A stretch of 58,604 nt of DNA, filler included, from Squatina squatina (GCA_031763465.1; 3 parts of 3 records of this genome joined end to end with filler, not necessarily neighbours in it), one strand, 5' to 3'. Counted from the first letter of the whole stretch, positions 39,698-52,540 are shown. Notes: generated from the sequence alone by a model not told the origin. Translations and numbers: made by a program.

Positions 39698-40057
39698 AGG
39701 TGACACTATAGTATCTTTATCCCACAAATCACATTTCTCAAAATTTTTCATTTGACATTTCCAGCTCAGTAACTGAAATTNNNNNNNNNNNNNNNNNNNN
39801 NNNNNNNNNNNNNNNNNNNNNNNNNNNNNNNNNNNNNNNNNNNNNNNNNNNNNNNNNNNNNNNNNNNNNNNNNNNNNNNNTTATTTTAATTTTTTTAAAG
39901 CCCATCTTTTCAAGTAGGCTTTTGGTCAACACTTCAAATCAATCCTTCCTTTCTTGTGTGGGTGTTTCCGTGTAAGTGACTTGAAGACTTAAAAAAAATT
40001 AAAGCATTATTGCACTCAAGCAAGTTGTTATTTTTGAGATACTTATGTTAGGCAGTT

Positions 40058-41010
40058 AAATGTCACCACAGTACTGTTAGCCCAATGTGTGGCACTGACA
40101 TGCTAATATTAACTGAATGAAGTTCACTGAAATATGAGCATTCCTCCATGAATGTCACTGAACTACTAGCATCAACTGAAAAAGAATCACTGAACTACTA
40201 GAATTATCTCAATAAACACTGAAATCCTAGCATTACCCCACAGTCAGTGAAATAAGAACATTATCCCATTGACACCGAGTGTCACTGAAATATGAACATT
40301 ACTCAAATGAGTGGCAATGAAAGACTTGTAATAACCCCACTGAGTGTCACTGAAATGCTAATGTTAACGCAATGCATTTTACTGAAATACTAATATCAAT
40401 GAAGTGAATTGCACTGAAATATATTAGGGTTACCTCAATGAATTTCATTGAACTAATATTGCCCTAATAAGCATCACTGGTATGCTATTATTAAATATAT
40501 AAATTTCACAGAAATATTAGCATTAGTTCAATGTCACTGAAATTGATATTAATTTTACTAAAATGAGTGTCACAGAAGTGCTAATATTACCCCTAAGAGT
40601 GTCACAGGGATACAACTGTTAGCCCATGAATGTCGATGAAATGCTAACATTAACTGAATGAATCGCACCTGAAATACTTGTGGATTTTATTAAAATACTG
40701 TTACCTAAATGAGTGTTACTGAAATACTAGCATTAGCTCAATAAATATTGCTGAAATACTAATAATAGTTGCCCAAATAACTGTCATTGAAATACTAATG
40801 TTAACTGAATGCCACTGAAATATTAATGTTATTCCAATGAGTGTCACTGAAATCCTAGCATGACCCCAAAGTGTCATTTAAGCACTAATGTTGCCCCAGC
40901 GTCACTGAAATGCTAACATTTGCAGAATGAATGTCACTGAAATACTAATGTTAATTCAATGAATATCGCTGAAATATGAAGGTTAATTAACCCAGTCAAT
41001 GTCACTGATT
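40058..41010. repeat. Diverged minisatellite, unit about 32-33 bp (tgagtgtcactgaaatactagcattaccccaa)
   Basis: Recurrent gtcactgaaat core at roughly 32-bp spacing over about 950 bp. Confidence 0.9.
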
Positions 41011-41506
41011 CTAATCCTAGGAAAGCATTTATCCTGTGTGCTCAGCAGTATGCCTTTAAATGAATTGCAACTGTCCTTTACTGAAGGTTTGTTTAACAAT
41101 CCACCAATCTATGTACTGAAGCTCTTCCCTCATTTCCTTGAATTTAAAAATTGTGAGGCGCATTACACAACTAGGTGTTGCTGTCACTCTTCAAGTATTA
41201 TAAAATTAATGGCAAAAATGAAATGCTTAATAAATTCAAAGCATGTAAAGATTACAAAATCAAATCTAATAATTCATTCATAAGATACACTTTAAACATG
41301 ATTGCTTAACTTACTGTAATCCTCCTCAATTAAATTTATCAGATCGACCCTTTCTTTAATTTTCTTTTGCTGAAACAAATGTCTTAAAACTAAAATTACT
41401 TTGCCANNNNNNNNNNNNNNNNNNNNNNNNNNNNNNNNNNNNNNNNNNNNNNNNNNNNNNNNNNNNNNNNNNNNNNNNNNNNNNNNNNNNNNNNNNNNNN
41501 NNNNNN

Positions 41507-41667
41507 GAAGAAGGAAGTGATGACAATGACAGTGAAAGAAACTGTGCACTTATCGATGACATGGAAGAGTCCATATCTCATGACTCTGAAATATTAATCC
41601 CAGGGAGTCACAGTGACAATGGTGACATGCAGGACCACGAACATGACGATGCAAACCGAACGATAAG
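41507..41667 (+). CDS. PRKD1: PRKD1 acidic-linker exon (about exon 7), 5' end lost in gap: [53 protein letters not shown](S)
   Basis: Matches recalled PRKD1 [30 protein letters not shown]; donor AG|gttagt. Confidence 0.92.
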
Positions 41668-41934
41668 GTTAGTCTGTGCTGATGAGAATAAAGGGAATTT
41701 ACAATATGAAGGGATTGCTTGGAAAATAGACAGATATATTCGGCTTGGCTGTACATTGCTAAATGTTTCACAGAATTATGCATGCCATCAAATGGACTGG
41801 GTAAAAGCTGCTGGTTGCATTCCATAACATGATGAGTTTTAGACAATACTGGTTCACACTGTTGCTACAGGAGAAGTTCATGGAAGGAAGAGCACATTTT
41901 AGGCAAAATGTCTGCTCTGGTTGCCTCTGAGCAA

Positions 41935-42610
41935 TAACTACTTGCATTTATTCGCACCTTGAATAGGCCGCTTCACAGGAAAAACAGATGTCAAACAGTA
42001 ATAGGAAAGTTAGGAGAAATAACTAAAAGCAACAAAAAGGTTTTAAGAGGCTTATGGGGAGAGAGTTAGCATGGTGGAGGTGTTTAGAGAGGGACCTCCA
42101 AAGATTAGGATGAAAATTGCTGAAGGTTTTGTGAACAGAGGTGGCGTGGAATCAGGGCAGAGGGCAGAGTCTGAAGATGAAAGGACATGGGCTAGTTTAT
42201 GGGAATGATAGATGTTGCACAGATCGGCCATATATCGCTGAATGCTTCATATGTATACAATCACAAAATGAGGCCATGGACAGATTAATTTTGAATTCAA
42301 TGAATCAGAGGTGGCGAGCCAGTAGAGGTTGGTGAGATCAGGAGTGAAGGACAAGAAAGAGGGACAGGATGCGAATGACAGAATTTTGGACAAGTTGGAG
42401 TTTATGCATGGTAGAATGCAGGAGGCCACTGAGAAAGGAGTTGGGGAGGACGTTTAAAGTAATGGAAACATAGATAGAGCTTTAGAGTCAGTAGTGGAGA
42501 GTAATAGTGTAGACAATTCATGTTGCAGAGGTGGAAGTAGACAGTCTTGGTGATGGAGAGGATATAGTGTCAGAAGCTCAGCTCGGGGTCAAATAGGTTG
42601 GGAGGTTACA
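41935..42610 (-). mobile_element. Degenerate L2 LINE 3' portion
   Basis: aactacttgcattta tail then purine-rich L2-like text (gtggaagtagacagtcttggtgatggagaggata..agctcggggtcaaatagg). Confidence 0.6.
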
Positions 42611-42943
42611 AATGAGCATTCTCTAAAATGGATGAATTTTGATTCTAAGTATGAAAAGTTTACAGGGAAAAGGAAGAACATTTTGTAAAGGAATTAGCTA
42701 AAACAGGAGAAAGGGACAACAGATGTGGAGAGAACCCTAGAAAAGGTGCTGGATAGAGTTACCAAACTTTTTTTTCCCCAATATTAAAGCAGCAAGAGAA
42801 GATAAACAATAGTAACCAAGTTAAATACAGATTACTATCAACGCCATTCAATTTCTGCAGTACATTCGTTACCCGAGAGCATTTTGAAGCCAGTGAGAGA
42901 GACTAAAGTCAAGAGGACAGAAGACAACAAAATTCCTTGCAGC

Positions 42944-43022
42944 GCCAGCTGTGGCTCAGTGGGTAGCACACTTGCCTCTGAAGGTCGTGGGTTTAAGTCC
43001 CACTCCAGGGACTAGAGCACAA
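42944..43022 (+). mobile_element. DeuSINE 5' head truncated by gap
   Basis: cagctgtggctcagtgggtagcacacttgcctctgaaggtcgtgggtttaagtcccactcca. Confidence 0.8.
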
Positions 43023-43395
43023 NNNNNNNNNNNNNNNNNNNNNNNNNNNNNNNNNNNNNNNNNNNNNNNNNNNNNNNNNNNNNNNNNNNNNNNNNNNNNN
43101 NNNNNNNNNNNNNNNNNNNNNNCTCTTCAGTATGGTGTTGTCCAATTTGCATCCGTCTCTCAGCATTATCCTGTCTCCTGAGATATAATATAATATCGAT
43201 AAAACCTTTTTGGCCACTTAGCATAAAAACCTCCGCACTACTCTATAAACACCTCCGCCTGTGACACTGATATTTATTCAGCACAGAAGGCTTTTATTGC
43301 CTAATACTAGTTCATAAATGATGCTACTATTTAAATGTGCTATTCACTGTTCTTTTAAGAATTTTCTAACATTGCAGTGTGTTTTTATCCTGTAG

Positions 43396-43524
<129 letters not shown>

Positions 43525-44659
43525 TAATCCAAAATGATGCAAGCTAAATGTCAGTGAAAAGTTCCGGTTGAACTCTTGCTTTAACCCTTTTATTTCAGCT
43601 CACTATAGCAAACAATTTGTTTAGTTTTATTATTTATTAACNNNNNNNNNNNNNNNNNNNNNNNNNNNNNNNNNNNNNNNNNNNNNNNNNNNNNNTATGA
43701 GGAATAAAATAAGACTATCATACTTGGGGTATAGTGGAATATAGAGGGACTCATCTGTGTTATCTTCAAGAGCAATTGTGATTTTTTTTTCAAATGGTAT
43801 TGAGAAAAACATTGAAGATTAACAGAGATAAGTACTACAACTTTAACAGTCTACAGTTTGAAACATTTTAAAGCTCTACTTCCTCCGCTGTGTATATGGA
43901 AATGGCAACAGTACTCAGAAAATAATCGTGCCCCCAAATGAATACTTTAAAAATCTAATCCAGGGTGAAGCTGTAACAAGTTTAAAATACTTATAAACAA
44001 AGATGCTCATCACCCATTTATATTAGGCCTGTAAAAGTGATTATCAGTCTCAGAGGACAACATGCTGTGACTCATAATCTATGTAACTTTGACATGTGGA
44101 GGAATTATGTCATCATGGCACATTGCTGACTATGATTGACAGCTGGCATTGTAGATCTTGTGTTAACAGATGGTAAGCATCAATTTGCCAGAATTAAAGT
44201 TTAACTAGTTACAGCTTTAAAACCAACTTTCCAACTTTTGTTTTTTTAAAATGTGCAAGTTTTAGTACAGCCTTATTGCATTAAAAACAGTTGATGCCTG
44301 CAGCTTTAAGTTTCACTCAATTATATAAACAGTAAGCTATCAGCACAAAGGTTCCAGTATTTTACAACTTATAGTAACATATATTAACATTGCACATACA
44401 TGGTGATTTTAACCTGTTGTAAACCTATGAAATAAATATTGTGATATGTGTATTATATTCCAAGATGCCCCCTCGATGTATCCCCACTGACAAAACAAAC
44501 AGCTAGAATAGGCTTTTTTTAGCCCCATTAGCACCTCCGTGGGGTGTTAACGGGACGATAAATGATTTTCACCCAGGGCGGGGGCCGATCACCCGGGAAA
44601 GTGGCTGGGAGGTCACGGAGGTGCTAGGCCCTTTGTGTTGCGATTAGCTCCCCGGGCCG

Positions 44660-44742
44660 GCATGCAACCAGTGGATGTGGTGTATTTGGATTTTCAGAAG
44701 GCTTTCGATAAGGTCCCACACAGGAGGTTGGTGAACAAAGTT
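44660..44742 (+). mobile_element. CR1 RT fragment at scaffold end
   Basis: PVDVVYLDFQKAFDKVPHRRLVNK. Confidence 0.9.
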
Positions 44743-44842
44743 NNNNNNNNNNNNNNNNNNNNNNNNNNNNNNNNNNNNNNNNNNNNTTAATTAATTAANN
44801 NNNNNNNNNNNNNNNNNNNNNNNNNNNNNNNNNNNNNNNNNN
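44743..44842. other. Artificial scaffold linker N44-TTAATTAATTAA-N44
   Basis: Identical layout to 12699-12798. Confidence 0.95.
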
Positions 44843-45250
44843 CCTCAAGGGCTGCCTCTGAGAAATGGGGAGCCCTGACTCTACCAACATTGCTGACTGC
44901 CATCTGTGTTCTTCTGTGATGTCTCTTATTCAGGGATCTCCTCTCTAGTTCCTCCAAAACTGACCTAAGCAGTGGTTGTGTGTGTGAAAGGCCCCCCACT
45001 TTAAGTTGTAAGGTGGCCTGAGGGCTGATTGGTACCAGTTACTACAATTGGACTGGTGAAATAAACTAAGATAATCAGCGCTAAGTAGGCGCCTTTTGGC
45101 GCTGAAGTTAGCAGTTTTTTTTAAGCTGTCATTTTATTTTCAATGGGCCAAATTGCAGTCCTTAAAGGAACAGCGCCAAAACCCAAACTCTGTACTCAAC
45201 AATTTGTCTGTTAGCCAGAGTAACTCAGAGAAGTCGAATTGGCCACCCAA
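44843..45250 (-). mobile_element. PIF/Harbinger-type element end with start of Myb/SANT-like ORF
   Basis: MAVSNVGRVRAPHFSEAALE (R-AP-FS motif); shares actgacctaagca and ctttaag with the 50714-51405 copy. Confidence 0.6.
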
Positions 45251-46311
45251 AATATTTTGCAGTCTTCTTCCTTATAGGGAAACTCCCCAAAAAAGAAACA
45301 ATCTTGAGGGAGAATCCTAAATAAAGCTAGAAGCCTCCAAAATAAAGAACAATAAATATTGACACAAGACCAATCCAAATTAATGAGTCTCTATTTAACA
45401 GCACAAAGAAACACAGCAATTCATCACTAACATTCCTGCATTAGCCTTCCTCAGCTTATGTTCCAGGTTATCACTATCCTATAGTAGCATAGGTTAGGTT
45501 GATTGATTCTCAGGTTTAAATAACTGAATTTGGGATGGATGATATCATCTTGGCATAAAACCATCATTTGCATGGTTGCACCTTATCTCAGGTGAAAGAA
45601 TCTTACACTGTCCCTCACTACTGGCAGACTTTCAGGCAAAACTTAAATGTAGTGTAAATCTGGCAGATGCTCTCTCCTCCCCAAATTGCATACCCACTTG
45701 GATAGTTCTGCTGGGTTTGAGTCCTATCCAACCATTAAAATTTAGAGACCCATTTCTCACACTGTGGAACCTTCCCTGACACACTGTTGGGGACTCCGTC
45801 CTTTGTAGTCAAGAGTTAAAATGAAGAGTTAATCACCCCTTACTGAAAAGGGGTTTCTGACGCATGCATTAAGCTATGGAAAATTTGTGACTTCTCATTT
45901 GGAACTGTGCATACAATTGCTCGGAGTTTTGTTTTGTTTTTTAGTACCACTAAGTTTGCGAGATATCAGTCTTTCTTATAAATGCCCCTCCTTCCTATTG
46001 TTATAGCACCTAATATTACAGTTATATCATAATTCACTCCAATATTACTATTTTTTCTTTATATATGCACAAGATATAGTGCTTATTCACACCTGGCTAG
46101 TTGTGAGGGTTGCGCAGTCCATGACCATAAATGAGATAGTGTTAGAGCTTATCATGAAAGTTCTCAGCAACACCACATGTGCGTCAGGGAGGCCGAGTAA
46201 TAGAAGCAGGAACATTTTCCACCATAGAGCAATGAACTTATTCAGTACATATATTAAACTGTTTGATAACTGAAACTTTGTTTGCAGGAGCATTTTAAAC
46301 ACAATACCAAC

Positions 46312-46460
46312 CTGACGTTTTTCAAATGGTACAGAGTGACTATGCCTGAGTTTCCTTTTGCAAGTATCGCCGTGCTCACCAAACATCATAATAGAAACAT
46401 TGGCATCAGTACATGCTGCAGGAAGGTTCCCTGTGAACACACTTACTGAATACAAGATAT
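46312..46460 (-). CDS. PLAT/LH2 repeat N-half exon of RP1-long/LOXHD1-like gene (ILYSVSVFTGNLPAACTDANVSIMMFGEHGDTCKRKLRHSHSVPFEKRQ)
   Basis: 149 nt, phase 1 to 0, ctacag acceptor and gttggt donor; PLAT signature YxVxVxTG..TDANV.I..G..GDT..FE. Confidence 0.88.
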
Positions 46461-47902
46461 CTGTAGGAAGCAGAAAGTTAGTCTATTATAGTTTCTTCTA
46501 ATGCATTGAGAACTGTGAAAAAATACAATAAGTCTCATTATAGCTTAAGTGAATGAAGGAACCAATAAACGTTGGGGTAGAATTTCCTGGATCAGTGAAA
46601 TCGTCAATAATGGCTGATGAATACGCCCGTTTCCATGCCAATAATAACTCAGGCCAGAGATCTCATTAGCATACACTTCAATGTACAAACCAACATGAAC
46701 TCCGATATCGACAATAGCTAAAGCACTGATGGTCCCTGGGAAACGTTGGCAGCAGAAATGTCTTTCCTCAGAGTGAGGTTTGGGTTCGCAGGTAACAGCA
46801 ACATGGATTTTAATGTTCAGGTGCACTGGCAGTGGGGTGGGGTGGTGGCGGGGTTGGGGTCTGCTTACGCATGGGAAAGTATGTGAAGCATGTCTGTCAG
46901 TGGCTTTTTAACACAACCACTGCATTAACATATGATTTCAAGGTTTCCCGGCCAATGAGCGTCATGCGGGCATGGTGACGACTATTTAAAGGGACATTGC
47001 AAACGTGCAATTTGAAGCAGTTGGAGGTGGGAAGGAGAGAGAAAGAAANNNNNNNNNNNNNNNNNNNNNNNNNNNNNNNNNNNNNNNNNNNNNNNNNNNN
47101 NNNNNNNNNNNNNNNNNNNNNNNNNNNNNNNNNNNNNNNNNNNNNNNNAAAAAGTTATGTTAACAATGGATCTAAAGCTATATCATGCTTCTCAGATGGA
47201 ACTCTGCAGCAAGAAAGGATAGAATTCTGTGGCAAATTTGCAGCACATTTTTGTAAAATATTTATGTAAAATATATTGCAATCAAAAAATAACTAATTGT
47301 ATAAATATTAATCTTGCTTAAAGTCCTATTTTTCCTCACAGTTGTGGGAATCAGAGAAGAGATTTTTAGACAGTTTCTTTATTTGACTACTTTAGCATGT
47401 TTTTCATTCTTAAATGGCAGTAGTGTGCTCATTGGAATAGTTGAAGCTGTTCAATAATGCATGCAGAGCAGTTCCAGCGAAGGAGCATGGGTAAAACTGC
47501 AGTTTTCAATGCTTTATCGTGTTTATTATGTGGGAGAAACCACTCTCGAAGGAAGAACAGACTCAATCACCCTGCACAGAACCAGAGCATTAGTATGACT
47601 TATAAAGTCCATTCATAATTCTGCACACATAATTTTAAAGGACACTGAATAAAATCTACCTATTAATTAACTTCAGTCTGTTGCATTTAGTTATGTGTAG
47701 CGAAGTCAATACTCATTCAAGTTTTACAATACAATCAAAAGTGAAGAAAAACTACATAATTGTTGGTCTTGTGATGAAAACTGAACGTATCAGCAGAAAT
47801 TGTACATTTCAAAAAATAATTTGTTTAATACAAGCAAAAAAAAATGGTAACACCCATATCATCATAATCTGAATGCTGAGAACTTTATCTACTGAAACTT
47901 AC

Positions 47903-48057
47903 CTTCCCTTTCTCAAAAGTAACAATTTCCGAATTAGATTTTGACAGCCACTGTTCTCCAGAGTCTCCTTTGTCCCCATGGACGATAATGAAAACTGTTC
48001 CAACAGCACCTGCTTTCGCTTTATCTCCAGTATATATGTGAACACTGTATTCCACAA
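47903..48057 (-). CDS. PLAT N-half exon (VEYSVHIYTGDKAKAGAVGTVFIIVHGDKGDSGEQWLSKSNSEIVTFEKGK); absent from the ORF track
   Basis: 155 nt, phase 1 to 0, tttag acceptor and gtaagt donor; splices in frame with 50399-50609. Confidence 0.9.
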
Positions 48058-48450
48058 CTAAATTATAGGTAACAATGTGGTTAGATAGCTCTTAAAATGC
48101 ATAAGTTAAGAACATTGTGCTTGAAAAACAGTATTAACAATGAAGTTATAAAACATTCATAATGCTGATTAAAGATACTGGGCTAAAAATTAGATATGGA
48201 CAGAAAACGGGCGGTGTCATGGCCCAACGATATTCAACTGCGCCAGGTCAAAATAGTCTAGGTAGCATGCAAAATTCATGCTCAGTCCTCATTAACATGG
48301 TTATAGTGCTGATCTCAGTGCTAAAACCACTGCTCGTTGACTTTCTGCTCNNNNNNNNNNNNNNNNNNNNNNNNNNNNNNNNNNNNNNNNNNNNNNNNNN
48401 NNNNNNNNNNNNNNNNNNNNNNNNNNNNNNNNNNNNNNNNNNNNNNNNNN

Positions 48451-48558
48451 CACTCTCTGGGCAAAGAAGTTTCTTCTGAATTCCCTATTTAATTTCTTGC
48501 TGACGATCTTATATTGATGCCCTCTAGTTTTGCTCTTCCCCACAAGTGGAAACACTCT
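48451..48558 (-). mobile_element. CR1 3' fragment
   Basis: RVFPLVGKSKTRGHQYKIVSKKLNREFRRNFFAQRV. Confidence 0.85.
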
Positions 48559-49307
48559 AGGGATGAAACTGCCCCTTTTTATAGCCTCATTAGTGCCTCG
48601 GGGGGGCACGAACAGGGCGCAATGACATTTTTGCCCGGGGAGGGGTGGGCGCTACCACCTCCCGGGAAATTGCCCCAGAGGTTTGGGGGTGCTGTCCCAG
48701 CAGTGCCATGCCCCACGGTTAGCACACTGGGCTGGCACGCGACCAGCGATGACATCATCGCCATGTGCACTGACCCCTCGCCGCCCTGGCCGACCCCTTA
48801 ACGACCCGTGGGGGAAATTGCCCCAAGGGCTGCAAGGCTGACCAACATCCGCTCTAAGGGGAAGGCACCATCTTTTTTTGTCGGCCGACTCTTGGGTTGG
48901 CCAACCAATGGCAACCCTCACCTCACCTCGATCGGGCTGCCATCGTACAGCCCGGCACATCGACTTGCATGCCAGTCTGCTGGCTCAGACGATCATGTGC
49001 CTGGTGGCCCAGTGGCGGCCATCAGGGCGCGCTGCAGGGTGCGCAGCGGCCTTCCCCCTTTAACTGAAGGGGAGGGGCGTTGTTGCGCGTCAGCACTCCA
49101 CGGAGTGCTACACTCAGAAATGAAGCGCTGGCCTCTGAAGCGAATGCGGCGCTGTGCTATTGCCTCGTTACTGTCCCAGAAATGAAGCAGAGCAATTTCC
49201 GGGGCAGTAAGGGCAATTTTACGTCGGGGAGGGGGAATTCTCGGGCGAGCGCTAAAAGCCCCGGCCGCGGAGAGTTACCAAGCAGGGCAAGGGGCAATTT
49301 CAGGACC
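48559..49307. mobile_element. GC-rich non-autonomous DNA transposon (Harbinger-like TIRs)
   Basis: Left ggatgaaactgcccc, right ggggcaatttcagg; internal copies of gaaattgcccc / ggcaattt. Confidence 0.6.
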
Positions 49308-49524
49308 ACTGAGCCTAGGAATATCATCAGAAGAGCAGATCCCCAACGAATCAGACAATCGTGATAAGCCATTCTTGCTGAATTTGGAACAATCACTGGG
49401 AAGATTCTGTGACATTAACCTAACGCTCTAAAAAGGGATTTGTTTCTTTACTTGTTCCATTACCATCCCCTTTTGCTCTCACCAGCATCCCTTTTGTCAT
49501 TTAAGCTACAAAAAGTCAAAAGAA

Positions 49525-49633
49525 GTGGTTCAAGAAGGCGGCTCATCACCACCTTCTCAAGGGCAACTAGGGATGGGCAATAAATGCTGGCCTTGTCAAT
49601 GATAGCCACATCCCAGGAACGAATAAAAAAAAA
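49525..49633 (+). mobile_element. LINE/SINE 3' tail with A-rich end
   Basis: ttcaagaaggcggctcatcaccaccttctcaagggcaactagggatgggcaataaatgctggcc..aataaaaaaa. Confidence 0.7.
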
Positions 49634-49634
49634 A

Positions 49635-49800
49635 AGCACTCTTGCCTTCCACCCTATCACAGACTTGCTTAAAACCTGTTACATTTCCAACATCTTCCAG
49701 TTCTGATGAAAGGCCATCAACCTGGAATGTTAACTCTGTTTCTCTCTTCAACGATATTGCCTGACCTGCTGAGTATTTCCAGCATTTTCAGTTTTTATCT
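49635..49800 (+). mobile_element. Penelope-like terminal repeat with degenerate minimal hammerhead motif
   Basis: agtt-CTGATGA-a-aggccatcaacct-GGAAT-gtt-aact..gcctgacctgctgagtatttccagcatttt. Confidence 0.7.
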
Positions 49801-50398
49801 CTAAAAAGGGGTGGTGTGATTGACTGCATGCCAAAGGTGAACTGACCAGATGGGTGCATCCAAGGTAGACTTGAATGGACTGATAATGAGGTACAAAAAA
49901 ATAGCAACCTGTTTCAACAAGCGTGTTCGTAACATGTATTATACATGCACAAGGAAAAATATATAAAATGTTTACTGGACTCCAAAATATATGCAGAGAA
50001 GCTTATTTGTAACTGCTTTCTGTGCAAGTCATCCAGTTGGTAGGGAAAGGTTACACTTGGGAAAAACTGACATAAGTTTGATTGCCACATTACATATATA
50101 TGCAACCTAAATAAAGAATGTTAACATCCAAGCTTCCCACTTGACAGTCAGCACTTGTCACAGACAGACAATTAGCTCAACTGTCAGCCAAAAAAACACA
50201 GCTCACTGCTTGCTAATGACTGTTTCAGTAGCAGTGGTTTTACAGGGAGTGCAGAAATAGTGATTGTGGAAGATCACTATGGCTGTGTATGAAATACTGC
50301 TGCTAAAAAATATCAATGAATTCATAAAATAAAAGCCAATAAAGCTATAGACTGCTAATAATATAATTGGACAGAAAGTTAGATTGATCTTTGCTTAC

Positions 50399-50609
50399 CA
50401 GGAAGAGGATCTTCCAAAGGATTCAGTGCAGCAAGTTCCCTGCTCTGAGTATCATTGGGTTTAAACCACCAATTAAAAGCAAACCACAGCTCCTCCTTGG
50501 TAGCTGTGCACTTCATGTTGATAGAATCTAATTTCCATGACTGCCTCAGGCCATTAGGTTTGGGTGTGACACGAAGCTTGTAAACTAACCCCACGCCTGC
50601 CAAATCAGC
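50399..50609 (-). CDS. PLAT C-half exon (ADLAGVGLVYKLRV..SWKLDSINMK..FAFNWWFK..RELAALNPLEDPLP)
   Basis: 211 nt, phase 0 to 1, donor gtaagc; tag acceptor adjoins a gap so its polypyrimidine tract is not visible. Confidence 0.85.
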
Positions 50610-50713
50610 CTACNNNNNNNNNNNNNNNNNNNNNNNNNNNNNNNNNNNNNNNNNNNNNNNNNNNNNNNNNNNNNNNNNNNNNNNNNNNNNNNNNNNNNNN
50701 NNNNNNNNNNNNN

Positions 50714-51405
50714 AGTGGGAGCAATTATGCAGGGTTCCACTGTAAGAACATCTTCAACTCTCTAAATACTATGGTACCATACGAATGGGAGACTTCGAGA
50801 TGAGACGGCCATTGGGGAAAGAGACATCTCAACTTCACTATGCAACTGAGGTTGTTAAATTTCTTTTTGCACTGAGTGCCAGTCCTCTGTGCCACATTGT
50901 AGGTCGAAACCTCAGTTGCAACCTCCCTCAAAGCACGCCGGATTAGTCTGACCGTGCCCCTTCCTCCTGCCAGGGGGAAGAGCCTGTCAGCCCTCCTCTC
51001 CACAGCAACCATCAGAGTTTGAAGGGCTGGGTCGCTGAATTTGGGGCCCCTCGATCTGGAATCTGCAGCTGCCATCGGTTTAGTCTTCCAAGCAAAGCAC
51101 TTGACAACACAATACCTCCTCACCCACCAAAGATCTATGATTTGACTGACCTAAGCAATGCTTGTGGCTCCAGAACGAGCCCCTTTAAGTGCTGAGGTGG
51201 CCTGACACATGATTGCAGCTCCTTAGATCGACTGGTGAATTGACCCGCCGAAACCACTAAAACTCATTTCGCGCCGATCAGGCACCCATTAACACTCATT
51301 TCTGGACCAGTTTTTAAACTGCCCGAAAAAAATTGACAAAGAGCCGAATAACGCGAAATAGTCGGGTAGCGCTAAACAGGCGCTAAAATCATGCTTTTTG
51401 GTCCC
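50714..51405 (-). mobile_element. PIF/Harbinger-type element with Myb/SANT-like (NAIF1-like) DNA-binding ORF
   Basis: From ATG at 51075: MAAADSRSRGPKFSDPALQTLMVAVERRADRLFP..REVATEVSTYNVAQRTGTQCKKKFNNL. Confidence 0.8.
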
Positions 51406-51499
51406 CTTGCATTTAAAACACAGGGCAGACCAATTGGGCACCCAAAGCTTTCAATGTTTGACAGCACATAAACAGAAACTTTACAAAAACATTGGTTAA

Positions 51500-52205
51500 G
51501 TGCCTATCCTTGTGTTTTGTTAGTTGATATGATTGGACAAGGATGAGGGTGAGTGTGAGGGGTAGTTAGTGAGATAGGGAAGTGATAATGTAGATAGAGA
51601 GAGGGTAAATAGAGAGAGGCGGTGCAAGGTACATTGGTGTGAGTAAGGATGTGCAGGAGTAGGTACGGAAGGCAGAGTGATAGCGATGTGATGAGTGGCA
51701 CAGCATGATGAGATTGAGTGTGGCTTTGCCGTAACATTTTGTGATGTATTGGGATCATTGAGAGGTTTGCATCTTCCTGTATAATGTGCAACCAGGCTGC
51801 ATTGATGTCCTGCGGAGATCTCTTCTGCCCATTGAAAGGGAAGAGAACCTCCCTGTGTGCTGTAACTCCCTCCATAAACATATGGAGGAAGTCATGGGAG
51901 AGCCTGGGAACAGCTGTGCCCCTTTGTGCAGTGCCCATCAGTGTTTGCAGAACCTCAATGGTGTAGAACACTGACAGCACAACTGTCAAACTAAATTTGG
52001 ACATGGTCTCTTTAAGGAAACCGCTGATGACGCGTCATTAAATGACATCATCAGATCAGCTTCATTTTAATTGGCTGGGAAACACGCTGGGCAGGCTTAA
52101 CAATGTAAAATCATTTTGGACAGTGGGCTGGAACAAGCAGCTGAGTTGGGACCCACCACCAATGTTGTCCGCCACGGACCCGCCGAGGTAGGGGAATCAC
52201 GGCCT
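51500..52205 (-). mobile_element. Another, more decayed Harbinger Myb/SANT remnant
   Basis: AVPRLSHDFLHMFMEGVTAHREVLFPFNGQKRSPQDINAAWLHIIQE. Confidence 0.65.
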
Positions 52206-52540
52206 CAGTCTCTGAATATAAGGGTAAATTATATCATGTGTTCTTCCAGACCAGAACCTCACCTATCGGTGTGCATATTGGGAAATTGCAGAAGCACACT
52301 CCACAACTTTGGACATAAAATTGTAGTAATTACATCCGCAATTTTCTCATATGCACTCTCAAAATCGAAGAGGAAGTCCTGTGGAATGTGCCTCGTGGTA
52401 GGCCACATCGTGAACGCAGTCCTACATATTAGATTGCAATACAGAAATTACACAGCGGGAGTGGGCACATTATTTATTTTAATTTACAGTAGTTTTTTAA
52501 AGCTCTTCTATCTAATTTCTGTAGTGAATATTATTCCTAC

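Noticed and set aside
40058-41010. CRISPR-like periodicity
   Set aside because: Eukaryotic intron, no unique spacers, no cas genes
42944-43022. tRNA gene-like A/B boxes (also 2290-2365 and 34340-34405)
   Set aside because: SINE heads without a full cloverleaf, followed by SINE body sequence
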